A DNA stretch of 63,830 nt, filler included, from Nitrospinota bacterium (lineage in GTDB: Bacteria; JADFOP01), in NCBI GenBank assembly GCA_022562795.1. It is 5 parts of 4 records of this genome, joined end to end, with 100 filler letters (N's around TTAATTAATTAA, not from the genome) between each part and the next. Parts side by side here need not be neighbours in the genome. Positions count along the whole stretch, not along the records: positions 1 to 27,721 come from JADFOP010000027.1; positions 27,822 to 41,252 come from JADFOP010000004.1; 3 more parts are not named here. One strand, written 5' to 3'. The translations under genes and the position numbers were made by a program. A model generated the notes under the pieces. It saw only the letters and a list, made by a program, of their open reading frames with translations. It was not told the origin of the DNA and ran no database searches. Position 1 is the first letter of the stretch; every line of letters starts with the position of its first letter. This document shows positions 23,874 to 33,203 of this stretch, in pieces.

Positions 23874-24923
23874 ATGAAGCTCTCCGATTTCGACTACACC
23901 CTGCCGCCTGAGCTCATCGCCCAGAGGCCATTGGGGGAGCGGGACGCCTCCAGGCTGCTCGTGCTCGAGCGGACATCGGGCCGCATCACCCACGCCGGGT
24001 TTCTCGACCTTCCGCGCCTCCTCGAGCCCGGCGACCTCCTTGCGCTCAACGACACCCGGGTCTTCCCGGCCCGCATCTTTGGGCGAAAAGCGCCCACGGG
24101 CGGGCGGGTCGAGCTGTTGCTGCTCGAGGATTTGGGCCAGGAGAGGTGGAGGGCGCTCATCAAGCCCTATGGACGCGTCAGGGCCCCTCAGCGGCTCGCC
24201 TTCGCCGACGGGATGGAAGCCGTTGTGGAAGAGATGCTAGGCGATGGACAGGCGGTGGTCCGCCTCTTCGGCAGAGGGCCTCTCCCGGCGTGGCTCGAGG
24301 CCCACGGCCGCACCCCCCTGCCCCCCTACATCAAGCGTCGCACCGACGAGCCCCTTGAAGAGAAAGAGGACCGGGAGCGCTACCAGACGCTCTTCGCCGC
24401 CCGACGGGGAGCGGTGGCGGCCCCAACGGCGGGGCTTCACTTTACAGAGAGGGTCTTTGAGGGGTTGTCCGACCGAGGGATCGAGTGGGTCGCCATCACG
24501 CTCCACGTGGGGCTGGGGACCTTCCAGCCGGTGGGGGGTGAGAGGCTCGAAGACCACGTCATGGAGGCTGAGCGCTACGAGGTGGGGCGGGAGGCCGCTC
24601 AGGCGGTAAGGCGGGCCGCGGCCGAGGGCCGGAGGGTCATCGCCGTCGGCTCCACCGCCCTTCGCGCCCTGGAGAGCGCGGTGGCAGTTGGGGGGGAGAT
24701 ACGAGCTGAGGGGGTAAAGGGAAAGACGGCGCTTTACATCTATCCGGGCTACAAGTTCAGAATCGTCGGCGGGCTGCTGACCAACTTTCATCTGCCCCGC
24801 TCGACGCTGCTTCTGCTGGTCAGCGCCTTTGCGGGAAAAGACCGCCTCTTGGCCGCCTACCGGGAGGCTATCGCCCGCCGATACCGGTTCTACAGCTACG
24901 GCGATGCGATGCTCATTCTCTAG
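23874..24923 (+). CDS. queA: S-adenosylmethionine:tRNA ribosyltransferase-isomerase
   Basis: DFDYTLPPELIAQ, LPPYI, AAPTAGLHF, TLHVGLGTF, YRFYSYGDAM. Confidence 0.97.
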   Translation: MKLSDFDYTLPPELIAQRPLGERDASRLLVLERTSGRITHAGFLDLPRLLEPGDLLALNDTRVFPARIFGRKAPTGGRVELLLLEDLGQERWRALIKPYGRVRAPQRLAFADGMEAVVEEMLGDGQAVVRLFGRGPLPAWLEAHGRTPLPPYIKRRTDEPLEEKEDRERYQTLFAARRGAVAAPTAGLHFTERVFEGLSDRGIEWVAITLHVGLGTFQPVGGERLEDHVMEAERYEVGREAAQAVRRAAAEGRRVIAVGSTALRALESAVAVGGEIRAEGVKGKTALYIYPGYKFRIVGGLLTNFHLPRSTLLLLVSAFAGKDRLLAAYREAIARRYRFYSYGDAMLIL

Positions 24924-25225
24924 TCGGCCTCCTCGACCCCCGGTGTGCGGCCCGAGTTGACGGCCTCCTTGAAATACTTACCCGCCTTGAAGCGCACCAC
25001 CTTGCGGGCGGGAATCTCGGCCCCCTGACCCGTCTTCGGGTTCCGGCCGATGCGGGCCGACTTCTGGCGGACCTGGAAGGAACCAAACCGCCTGAGGATG
25101 ATGGAGTCTCCCTGAGCGAGGCATTGCTTCATCAGATGGAGAATGGACTCCACCGCCTCTTCGGCCTTTACCTTAGTCAACCCGGTCCTCTCTGCCACGG
25201 TGTTTACGATCTCGATTTTTGTCAT
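24920..25225 (-). CDS. HU/IHF family DNA-binding protein
   Basis: MTKIEIV, RFGSFQVR, RIGRNPKTG, IPARKVVRFKAG. Confidence 0.95.
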   Translation of the reverse strand: MTKIEIVNTVAERTGLTKVKAEEAVESILHLMKQCLAQGDSIILRRFGSFQVRQKSARIGRNPKTGQGAEIPARKVVRFKAGKYFKEAVNSGRTPGVEEAD

Positions 25226-25565
25226 CTCCCGCTCCCTCAAAAACGAAGTAGCCTGTAGCTAAATCACGCCACCTGAGTAGACAATAATCCCCGGTTCGAT
25301 ATGGCATCGCTGAAAATGAATAGCCTACCTTCAGCACATAAAGTTGCGCAGAAACGGTGCGATTTGTTTGTGGTCTGTGTCACTTGGAATAAAACAATCA
25401 AGGATTTATACCATGCCCTGGAATGAGTTGGCAACCTTTTTTATCGCCCTTTCATACTTTTCTTTTTTGTGAAAAAAAGCATCTTGCTGGAAGGCAACTA
25501 CCCTTGAGGGCACCTGAGGCCTTGTGGTACCATGGGTGTCCGACCACCCTATGGAGTCGGCTGAT

Positions 25566-26720
25566 ATGGAGCATTCTGTCTCGAGCAGGGCAAAGGCGAT
25601 CCCGCCCTTTTTGGCCATGGAGGTCTTGGAGCGGGCTCAGGCCCTGGAGCGTGCCGGTCGCTCCATTATCCATTTGTCGCTGGGCGAGCCAGACTTCCCA
25701 ACGCCTTCGGTCGTCGTCGAGGCCGCCTTTCAGGCGCTCCGGGAGCATAGAACCCGCTACACCCACTCCCTGGGATTGCTGGAGCTCAGGGAGGCCATCG
25801 CCGCTCATTACGGGGCCACCTACGGGGTGGACGTCTCCCCGGAGCAAATCATGGTCACCTGCGGAACCTCCCCGGCCATGCTCTTGCTCTTCGCGGCTCT
25901 CCTTGATCCCGGCGACGAGGTCATTCTCCCCAACCCACACTACGCCTGCTATCCCCAGATGATCGAGTTCGCCGGCGGCAGGCCGGTCTACGTGGAGGTG
26001 GACGAGGCCGACGGCTTCCAGCTTCGCGTAGAGGCCGTGGCTAAAAGCATCTCGCCGCGGACCAAGGCCATCTTCATCAACTCACCGGCCAACCCGACGG
26101 GGGCGGTGTTGGAGCCGTCCGTCCTGGAGGGCATCGCAGAGCTTGGCCCACCCGTCGTCTCCGACGAAATCTATCATGGGCTCGTCTATTCGGGGGCCGA
26201 GCACTCGCTCCTCCAGTACAACAGCAACGCTTTCGTTCTCAACGGGTTCTCCAAGGCCTACGCGATGACGGGCTGGAGAATAGGCTACCTCATCGCCCCG
26301 ATGGCCTTCATCCGGACGCTTCAGAAAATGCACCAGAATTTTTTCATCTCGGCCAGCGACTTCGTCCAGTGGGCCGCCATCTCTGCGCTCACCGAAGCGG
26401 GGGACGATGTGGCCCGTATGCGGGAGGCCTTCGACGAGCGCCGCCGCTACCTTGTGCCGGCGCTCCGCTCCCTCGGCTTCGGAATTCACGCCGAGCCCAC
26501 CGGGGCGTTCTACGTGCTGGCCAATGCCCGGCATTGGAGCGAGGATTCGATGAAGTTCGCTTTCGACATCCTGGAGCACGCCGGGGTGGCCGTTACACCT
26601 GGCATCGACTTCGGCTCGGCCGCTGAAGGCTACATCCGCTTCACCTACGCCAACAGCCTGGAGAACCTCCGTGAGGCCGTCGCTCGCCTGGGGCGATTTC
26701 TCGACGAGCGTGGGCCTTGA
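25566..26720 (+). CDS. PLP-dependent class I/II aminotransferase (aspartate aminotransferase-like)
   Basis: LGEPDF, NSPANPTG, SDEIY, GFSKAYAMTGWRIG. Confidence 0.93.
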   Translation: MEHSVSSRAKAIPPFLAMEVLERAQALERAGRSIIHLSLGEPDFPTPSVVVEAAFQALREHRTRYTHSLGLLELREAIAAHYGATYGVDVSPEQIMVTCGTSPAMLLLFAALLDPGDEVILPNPHYACYPQMIEFAGGRPVYVEVDEADGFQLRVEAVAKSISPRTKAIFINSPANPTGAVLEPSVLEGIAELGPPVVSDEIYHGLVYSGAEHSLLQYNSNAFVLNGFSKAYAMTGWRIGYLIAPMAFIRTLQKMHQNFFISASDFVQWAAISALTEAGDDVARMREAFDERRRYLVPALRSLGFGIHAEPTGAFYVLANARHWSEDSMKFAFDILEHAGVAVTPGIDFGSAAEGYIRFTYANSLENLREAVARLGRFLDERGP

Positions 26721-27322
26721 TCGCCCGGCCGTACGTGGCTCCCTCACCATCTGAGACCATCACCCATCATCAACGATTGCGTCTGGCCATCCACATTGGC
26801 CTCGGCTGCGTTCCGCTCCTCTACTGGGGGGCCAATCTCTCGCGCTGGGCCCTGCTGGCCTTATGCCTGCCGGGGCTCGTCGGGATCGCATTCGACCTCT
26901 ACCGTATCCGCTCGCCGGAGATGAATGAGTTCGCCTTCAGCATGTGGGGCGGTCTATTGAGAGAGAGCGAGCACGGGCGGCTGACAGGCGCCTCCCACTA
27001 CTTCCTGGGAATTTTGGGGGCTGCGCTTCTCTATTCGAAGTCTGTGGCGGTCTGCGCCTCGCTCTACATGACGTGGGCCGACCCGGCCGCCCACCTGGTA
27101 GGAAGAAGCGTCGGCCGACGAGCGGTGGGCAGGAAGAGCTGGGCGGGATTTGGCGCTTTCGTGGCGGTCGCCTTCGCGGTAGGGCTGGTCTTCTTTTCAT
27201 GGCCGACCGCCCTGTTTGGGGCGGTGGCGGCGGGAACGCTTGAGCTCTTCGCTCCCCGCTGGGCCAATGACAACTCTCTCATTCCCATCGGGGCCGGGCT
27301 AATTCTATCTCTGGTCACGTGA
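26717..27322 (+). CDS. SEC59/DGK1/VTE5 (dolichol/phytol kinase-like) membrane protein
   Basis: LTGASHY, ADPAAHLVGR, KSWAG, NDNSLIP. Confidence 0.7.
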   Translation: MIARPYVAPSPSETITHHQRLRLAIHIGLGCVPLLYWGANLSRWALLALCLPGLVGIAFDLYRIRSPEMNEFAFSMWGGLLRESEHGRLTGASHYFLGILGAALLYSKSVAVCASLYMTWADPAAHLVGRSVGRRAVGRKSWAGFGAFVAVAFAVGLVFFSWPTALFGAVAAGTLELFAPRWANDNSLIPIGAGLILSLVT

Positions 27323-27374
27323 GCCCTTCCACCACGGATGGCCGGATGGTTGTGTTCCTGCTAGGATAGCCGGC

Positions 27375-27721
27375 ATGTCGATTCACCTACTCATTGACGG
27401 CTACAACCTCCTCTTCTCCTCCGCTTTGGTGGAGGGCTCCGGCGAGCTGGAGGGGCTCCGCAAGGCGCTTCTTCAGAAGTTGGAGCGATATCAGGCGGCC
27501 CGAGGCCACCGCTTGACCGTGGTATTCGACGGAGCCCGCCAATGGCCCGACTCAACCGAGACCACCTACGGCGGGCCCCTGGGGGTCGTCTTCTCCGACC
27601 ATGGCGAGACGGCCGACGAGGCCATTCAGGTGTTACTCACCGAGACTAGCTCCGATACGGTCGTCGTCACCTCCGACCGTGCCCTACAGCGGTCCGCCTC
27701 TGGGCAAGGGGCCGGGGGCGT
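27375..27721 (+). CDS. NYN domain (YacP-like) protein, truncated at the contig end
   Basis: LLIDGYNL, VVFDG, ETADEAI, VVTSDR. Confidence 0.85.
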
Positions 27722-27821
27722 NNNNNNNNNNNNNNNNNNNNNNNNNNNNNNNNNNNNNNNNNNNNTTAATTAATTAANNNNNNNNNNNNNNNNNNNNNNN
27801 NNNNNNNNNNNNNNNNNNNNN
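27722..27821. other. Artificial contig linker
   Basis: N44-TTAATTAATTAA-N44 (stops in all frames). Confidence 0.97.
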
Positions 27822-27932
27822 GACCCCAAATTGTCTCCCGAAAAAGAGCGGCAGCTGAGGCGAGGATTGGTCGACCAGGCCCTCGAGGCCCTAACAACCC
27901 AACTCGAAGGACAAAAGATATTCGCGGCGTGA
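27822..27932 (+). CDS. 3' end of a GrdB-like (glycine/sarcosine/betaine reductase component B) gene at the contig start
   Basis: DPKLSPEKERQLRRGLVDQALEALTTQLEGQKIFAA* matches the GrdB C-terminal pattern PHPLG.P.L..E.E..LRR.LV..AL.AL.T....Q.VF. Confidence 0.7.
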   Translation, partial: DPKLSPEKERQLRRGLVDQALEALTTQLEGQKIFAA

Positions 27933-28104
27933 GGTGGCCTGAAGCCGGAGGGCGTTGACTCTGCCCCCTACTCAATCAAAGGGTCTAAGGCATCATCCTC
28001 TTGTAAGCTAGGTGCTGGTGATGGTCCGTTGGAGGGAAATTCCTGAAAAATATTGACTTTTACATAAGTTGGCCGGAGTTAAAATTTACTGGGATAATCG
28101 ACAC

Positions 28105-28944
28105 TCAAAAAATCATTGTAGAGAGCGGCGCACCCGCCAGGGCTAGTATCAGGCCCCCTGCGATCAGAAGCACCCCCACCGGGGCGCTCATCCGCTTGCC
28201 CCAGGACATGTTTTTTTCGATCGCCATGATCGTACCGAGAACAAGCATCCAGCCAAGATTTGCAACCCCGACAGCGAACATCAACATCATCAGCGCCCAG
28301 CAACAGCCGATGCAAAAGAGCCCATGATGTACTCCCAGCCAAAGAGCCTGACGCTTTTCATTCCTCCCCCCCCAGTGCCCCATGATGAAGCTCAGGGGTG
28401 AGCGGCATTTATCAAGGCAATAGTACTTGAGCGGAGTAAACTGAAAAATCCCTGCTACGATGAAGAGGCCCGATCCAATCACCCAGGGGTTGGATTCCAG
28501 CACCACACTACGCTCAAGGGCCTGGTGAAGGACCCAATCCCCGAAGTGCGCTACGACGCCAAACAGCGTCCAGGCACCGAGATAACCAACGATGAGCAGG
28601 GCCACCAGCGATCGGCGATCTTCACGCCGCCGGGTGAGGGCATGAAACAACCTCACAAGCGGCAGGGTGGCCGGCAGCATCATAGCGACTGTCATCAAGG
28701 TCCACCCCGCCACAAAGACAAGGAAGAAGAACGTGTCTCCGGGTAAGCTGATTCCTTCCAGTTCTCCGTGATCGAGAAACCGAGCGTATGGCGAGCGCCC
28801 CCACGCCCACAGGACCAGCCAGGCCAGGGCGATCAAAGTCCCTAGTAAACTCGCGAGCAGTTTTTGCTCGTCCACTCTCGCCAACATCGTTACCTCACCC
28901 TTAGAGGTGACCGTCATCTGGCTCGAGGGCGCGCGCTCAGTCAC
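28105..28944 (-). CDS. DUF2182 metal-binding integral membrane protein
   Basis: WTLMTVAMMLP, QFTPLKYYCLDKCRSP, GLFCIGCCWALM, EK. Confidence 0.88.
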   Translation of the reverse strand: MTERAPSSQMTVTSKGEVTMLARVDEQKLLASLLGTLIALAWLVLWAWGRSPYARFLDHGELEGISLPGDTFFFLVFVAGWTLMTVAMMLPATLPLVRLFHALTRRREDRRSLVALLIVGYLGAWTLFGVVAHFGDWVLHQALERSVVLESNPWVIGSGLFIVAGIFQFTPLKYYCLDKCRSPLSFIMGHWGGRNEKRQALWLGVHHGLFCIGCCWALMMLMFAVGVANLGWMLVLGTIMAIEKNMSWGKRMSAPVGVLLIAGGLILALAGAPLSTMIF

Positions 28945-28979
28945 TCCCTAGGAATGGCTGCGCCGGGCCTCAGTGCGGA

Positions 28980-29582
28980 TCACCCTTCGAAGCGGAAACT
29001 CCCCTGGATCGCATTGTGATTTTGCAGATCGATACTAAACCCGTGCTGTGGGGCGTTCACTCGATAGAATGGGGCCTTTGCTACGTAGGCGGGAGAACCG
29101 GGAATGCTTGTGAACGCGGTGTCGTGAAGCGCGGTAGTCTGACCCGTAGCCCCCGTGAAAGGCTCAATTTCGGCCTCGATTACCTGACCGATTTGGAGCG
29201 TCCCTTTTCCCCCTTCTACCTCGAAGGTGATCGAAGCCCGCTCCACGGCGACCACTTCACCGACCAACTGCGCCAGATCCGCGACGGGCCCGCCAAGCTC
29301 ACCGGTCCATACCTTCAGTAGCGCATCTTCCTGCTCGGGTGTGGCCTTGTCGTCTACGTAGACAATGGCCCTCCAGTTGCCCTTCAGGATGTTGCCGGGA
29401 ATATGGGCCAAGAGCGCCAGGGTGAGGCCTGAGACATCCAGGTCGTTGATCGTTCCATTATCGATATGCCAGGCCAGCACCCCTTCGCAGGTGCCGCCAT
29501 CCGGGTCCTCTCCGACCCAACAGGGACAGATGACATTACACGTACAGACTTCCAGCAATCGTCCTTCCAATTCGTATGCCAT
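28980..29582 (-). CDS. DUF1326 protein
   Basis: LEVCTCNVICPCW..EDPD.G.C, W....YVDD.AT.EQ..AL, GGP. Confidence 0.88.
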   Translation of the reverse strand: MAYELEGRLLEVCTCNVICPCWVGEDPDGGTCEGVLAWHIDNGTINDLDVSGLTLALLAHIPGNILKGNWRAIVYVDDKATPEQEDALLKVWTGELGGPVADLAQLVGEVVAVERASITFEVEGGKGTLQIGQVIEAEIEPFTGATGQTTALHDTAFTSIPGSPAYVAKAPFYRVNAPQHGFSIDLQNHNAIQGSFRFEG

Positions 29583-30017
29583 GTTGACCTCCTCATTGGC
29601 CTAGGGGCTGAGCGACTTCCACCGCAGCAGCCTCCTGGTCCGGTGAAAACTACGTTGTGTTCCTCTAGGAAGTAACCCCCCTCCGAGCACACTTGCTTAG
29701 GAGTGGATCTGAGAGTTTGGTGCGCCGTCTTTGGTGTCCAGGGCGGGCAAGCAATTACTATGCCTGCCCCAGTTCCAGTTTATATTGGCTCTAAGTACGA
29801 CAAGATAGTCAATTTAGGCCCGTGGGTCAAGCATTAAGCTCGACCGAACGCCCTGCCCGGAGGTCGTTTTAAAGTTGTTTGAGATAGGCGTTGAAGGGCA
29901 CGGCGTCCGTCACTAAATAAGGGCCTGAAGAAGCTCTTTGTGTCCAAAGAATAGCAATTAAGGGGGATGTAAATCAAGGGATGATGCCCCAAGCCCCCTC
30001 CAGGATAGGTTTTAAAC

Positions 30018-30143
30018 CCCCATCCGCTCGGCGACCCCAAATTGTCTCCCGAAAAAGAGCGGCAGCTGAGGCGAGGATTGGTCGACCAGGCCCTCGAGGC
30101 CCTAACAACCCAACTCGAAGGACAAAAGATATTCGCGGCGTGA
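30018..30143 (+). pseudogene. Orphan duplicate of the GrdB-like 3' end
   Basis: PHPLGDPKLSPEKERQLRR...IFAA*; in-frame TAG at 30006 and no start codon. Confidence 0.7.
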
Positions 30144-30260
30144 GGTGGCCTGAAGCCGGGATGCCTTGAATCCTACGTTTAAAGTATCTTGGAAATGGAT
30201 ATCCAGTAAATTATTGTAAATATTGTACATATTAGTGGTTTTTTAAAAGAGATAAATGTA

Positions 30261-30395
30261 ATGCGAGGACGGGGGAGCAGGGTGACCGATGTCTTGCTTG
30301 TGGGCGCGGGGCTGGCCGGGTATGTGGGCTTTCGCGGCGAGCCAGCCGACGAGGAAAGCCTTCATGAATACTTAAAAATAATTTTCTTGGAGTAG
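30261..30395 (+). pseudogene. 44-codon remnant of an FAD-dependent oxidoreductase N-terminus
   Basis: TDVLLVGAGLAG Rossmann GxGxxG motif followed by an early stop. Confidence 0.45.
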
Positions 30396-30474
30396 GACAG
30401 GGTATTTTGGATGTATTGGTTGTATGTTATAATAGGATGTGTGAGGATTAGGAATAATTGAAGGAGGTGGAAGA

Positions 30475-30903
30475 ATGAATCCATCCGAACCCCTTACGGC
30501 TACGGTCGTCAAAACCCTTTCCGGGGAGGTTTCTCTTCTCGAGGGGGAAGAAGTGCTGGTCCTTGGTGTCGACCAGGGTCCCACGTCTGAATTGTTGATC
30601 CGTGTGGCTGGAACGGATGGCCGGGAAGCGAAGGTTAGACCAAATCTCCTTGCGGTGAGTCGGACGTCGGAGATGCCAACGCTTTGTAAGCTTGACGATG
30701 TGAATTTGATGGTTCAGGAGCTGGACTTCTGGCGGCGCCTCTGGCTTGCGGCGAGCCCCCGAAAAGCCGTAGCGATGGAGCGGATGGCGGGCTGGGTCTC
30801 CAGGGCCTCGGAGGAGGAGAGCGGGACGTCGGTGCCACTTGCAGTCCTCCAAAACGCCAGGGCAAACTATGGTAAGAAGCTACGAATGGACTTCGAAAGC
30901 TAA
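30475..30903 (+). CDS. Hypothetical protein
   Basis: 142-aa ORF, AAGGAGGT RBS, AT-rich promoter region upstream. Confidence 0.6.
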   Translation: MNPSEPLTATVVKTLSGEVSLLEGEEVLVLGVDQGPTSELLIRVAGTDGREAKVRPNLLAVSRTSEMPTLCKLDDVNLMVQELDFWRRLWLAASPRKAVAMERMAGWVSRASEEESGTSVPLAVLQNARANYGKKLRMDFES

Positions 30904-31148
30904 GTTCCCTCTCCACACCAAGGCCTCCTCGCCCCGATTCCAAGATAAGCGAAAAACTACTTCAAAAGACCGCTAAATCCACATCATTCATCTGATCTAA
31001 ATTCGAAGAGGGGATTCCCTCCTGTCGGGGCGATTGTGCCCGAAATTGAACCCATTGCAACCAACTTGGCATAGAGGGGGTTATCTATTCTGAGTGAATA
31101 AAATCGTAGGGCTTCCGGTTCTGTAAGGTATGAAAACGGTATAAGGAA

Positions 31149-31244
31149 ATGAAGAAGGAGGAAGTCTTGAAGGCGAGATATTACATTATAGCCGTGCTCA
31201 TCCACGGGCTGGTGCTGCTGTTATTCTATGGCCTGAAACCCTGA
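31149..31244 (+). CDS. Candidate 25-31 aa single-TM microprotein
   Basis: MKKEEVLKARYYIIAVLIHGLVLLLFYGLKP*; AAGGA before the ATG and AAGGAGG before an internal TTG. Confidence 0.35.
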   Translation: MKKEEVLKARYYIIAVLIHGLVLLLFYGLKP

Positions 31245-31258
31245 AACTGTAATTAAGC

Positions 31259-31334
31259 TGGTGCCCCCACGGGGAGTCGAACCCCGGTTTCCGGCGTGAG
31301 AGGCCGGCGTCCTAGGCCTCTAGACGATGGGGGC
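31259..31334 (-). tRNA. tRNA-Glu(CTC)
   Basis: GCCCCCATCGTCTAGAGGCCTAGGACGCCGGCCT-CTC-ACGCCGG...GTTCGACTC...GGGGGCACCA. Confidence 0.97.
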
Positions 31335-31501
31335 ACGGCCCTCACTTCTAACACTCTAACCCCTAAGAGTCAACCAGCTAGCCTAGAGAAAGGACGAAGG
31401 GCGGAGGAGTATTAAGACTTCTCCGGCGCTGAACTGCGCGAGAGTTGCCCAGGTGAAGGTGTAGGCGGGAACCCTTTGCGATTAAAGGCTTTAGGAGGGC
31501 C

Positions 31502-31804
31502 TCAGAAGATGCCTAATTGGTCTCTGCCCTCTTCGCTCATCATGGTATCCGGGTCCCATGGGGGGGACCAGACCAGGTGGGCCTGCGCCTCCGTGATGCC
31601 TTCGACCTCCAACGGCACGGTCTCGACGCTATTGAGTATTTCGGGCCCGAAAGGGCAGCCGGGGCTGGTGAGGGTAATCGTGACATCGACTCGCTCTCCC
31701 TCGACGTGCACGTCGTAGATGAGCCCCATATCGACGATATTAAGCCCCACCTCGGGGTCGATCACCGTCTTTAGAGCCTCAAGGACTGCCTCCTTGTCAG
31801 CCAT
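31502..31804 (-). CDS. Metal-sulfur cluster assembly factor (DUF59/SufT-like)
   Basis: VIDPEVGLNIVDMGLIY, TLTSPGCP, VWSPPW. Confidence 0.93.
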   Translation of the reverse strand: MADKEAVLEALKTVIDPEVGLNIVDMGLIYDVHVEGERVDVTITLTSPGCPFGPEILNSVETVPLEVEGITEAQAHLVWSPPWDPDTMMSEEGRDQLGIF

Positions 31805-31860
31805 AAACTTTCCCTCCTCCTAACGTTCTCAAAATCGGTCTGCGCCCGCCCGGGTGGGCT

Positions 31861-32172
31861 TCAGTCGAGACTGATGAGGATGTCTTCACCCTCGACCTTG
31901 ACCGAATAGCTCTCTACCGCCCTGGGGGCGGGCGGGCCGGTAGCCTCTCCAGAGCGGACGTTGAAGCGACCCCCATGCCAGGGGCATTCTACCTCCTCAC
32001 CGTCCAGCTCTCCTTCGGACAGAGGCCCTCCGGCGTGAGTGCAGACGTCGCTTATTGCATAGTATTCGCCATTCAGGTTGAAGAGGGCCACCTCTTCGTC
32101 GTTTACCTCGACCTTCATCGCTTTGCCCGGTGAGAGGTCTCCCGTTGTGGCTACTTTAATAAAGTTTCCCAT
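31861..32172 (-). CDS. Rieske-type ferredoxin
   Basis: CTHAGGPLSEG ... CPWHGGRF. Confidence 0.93.
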   Translation of the reverse strand: MGNFIKVATTGDLSPGKAMKVEVNDEEVALFNLNGEYYAISDVCTHAGGPLSEGELDGEEVECPWHGGRFNVRSGEATGPPAPRAVESYSVKVEGEDILISLD

Positions 32173-32293
32173 TTTTTCTCGCTCCTTTAGCTAATAATAT
32201 CATGAACGTCGTTTGCACCGCAAGAGCCACCGTCATAGCTGGCCCAGGGTCACCCTGCATCCGCATCTCCTTGAGACCAACCAGGGCCCGCCT

Positions 32294-32854
32294 CTAGTAC
32301 CTTGTTCTTACATCCCGCTCTCTGAGAGCCTCACCGGTAAGCTTCACCACTATCCGGTCCCCGTCCCTGGTCATCTTAACCAGGTAGGGCGTGAGGATGA
32401 TGCCCACAGGCTCCTTTCGGTCCCCAATCCAGATGCGATACTGCATGAGGATGTCTCGCCGGGCCCGGTTGAATGCGGCATCGAGGTCTGTGACTGGATG
32501 AGGATCAGCGATATTCCCCTGGCCGAAACCATCGGGCGTTTTGAAATCCTCATTGCGAAAGTCTACCGTAAGCTCGTCGCCCTGGAGGTCAAAGACGTAT
32601 GCGGGCGTCTCGTCGGCGGGCGAGGACCCGATGTTTATCCTTTTGGCATCGTACTTCTCCCAGGCGACTGGCACTTTCCATGTCTGGTTGAATGTAAGCC
32701 TGCCATCGAGATTGAACTTTACCCCCACCAATTCGCTCGTCTTCGAGCTGTCCAGCGCGGAGCTTTTCTGCCTCTGTTCAGCCCACGCCGTTGAAGAGCA
32801 AAAGGCCGCGAGTAAGGCGAGAATCCCTAGGGTTTTCAAAGTTTCCTTCGTCAT
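32294..32854 (-). CDS. Hypothetical exported protein
   Basis: Signal peptide ending AWA; strong RBS. Confidence 0.6.
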   Translation of the reverse strand: MTKETLKTLGILALLAAFCSSTAWAEQRQKSSALDSSKTSELVGVKFNLDGRLTFNQTWKVPVAWEKYDAKRINIGSSPADETPAYVFDLQGDELTVDFRNEDFKTPDGFGQGNIADPHPVTDLDAAFNRARRDILMQYRIWIGDRKEPVGIILTPYLVKMTRDGDRIVVKLTGEALRERDVRTRY

Positions 32855-33203
32855 ATATCCTTTCTCCTTCGATGGGCCTACGGGCGCGGGACGGCCTAGG
32901 CCGAGCGGGCGCGTTTCGTCTCCGGACCGTCGTCCCGCACCTCAGGCCACCACTGGAGGTCCTTTATGTGGCAGGTCCCTCTGTTCACCTTCCTGCAATA
33001 ATAAAGAGTAAGGTCAACACGATATACTGGGGGAGGTTTATACTTTTCATGCGTTGGGGATTGTTCAGCATCAAAGACAATATAAGGTATTAAGAAACCC
33101 TGGGCCACTCTCCCGCGGGAGGTGGAGCTGTTCGGGGGGATAATCTCCCATGTAGCTTTGAGGGTTGCAAAGCCCTATTCTAAATGAACAGGGGATTAGT
33201 AAT

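Larger units (their letters stand above)
27822..30159 (+). repeat. Identical 127-bp direct repeat (27822-27948 and 30033-30159)
   Basis: GACCCCAAATTGTCTCCCG...GGCCTGAAGCCGG present twice, 2211 bp apart. Confidence 0.95.

Noticed and set aside
22437-23993. Long antisense ORFs (518 aa here; also 49540-51006, 54634-55710 and 39429-40481)
   Set aside because: They are antisense shadows of real genes in GC-rich DNA with no recognisable motifs.
27930-27932. UGA of the GrdB-like fragment as a Sec codon
   Set aside because: It falls at the normal C-terminus of the family and no SECIS-like hairpin is evident.
29700-29775. Glycine-riboswitch-like words (GACGGCGCA...AAACTCTCAG) in the DUF1326 leader
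   Set aside because: The GGAGA element and P1 pairing are missing; too weak without an Rfam hit.
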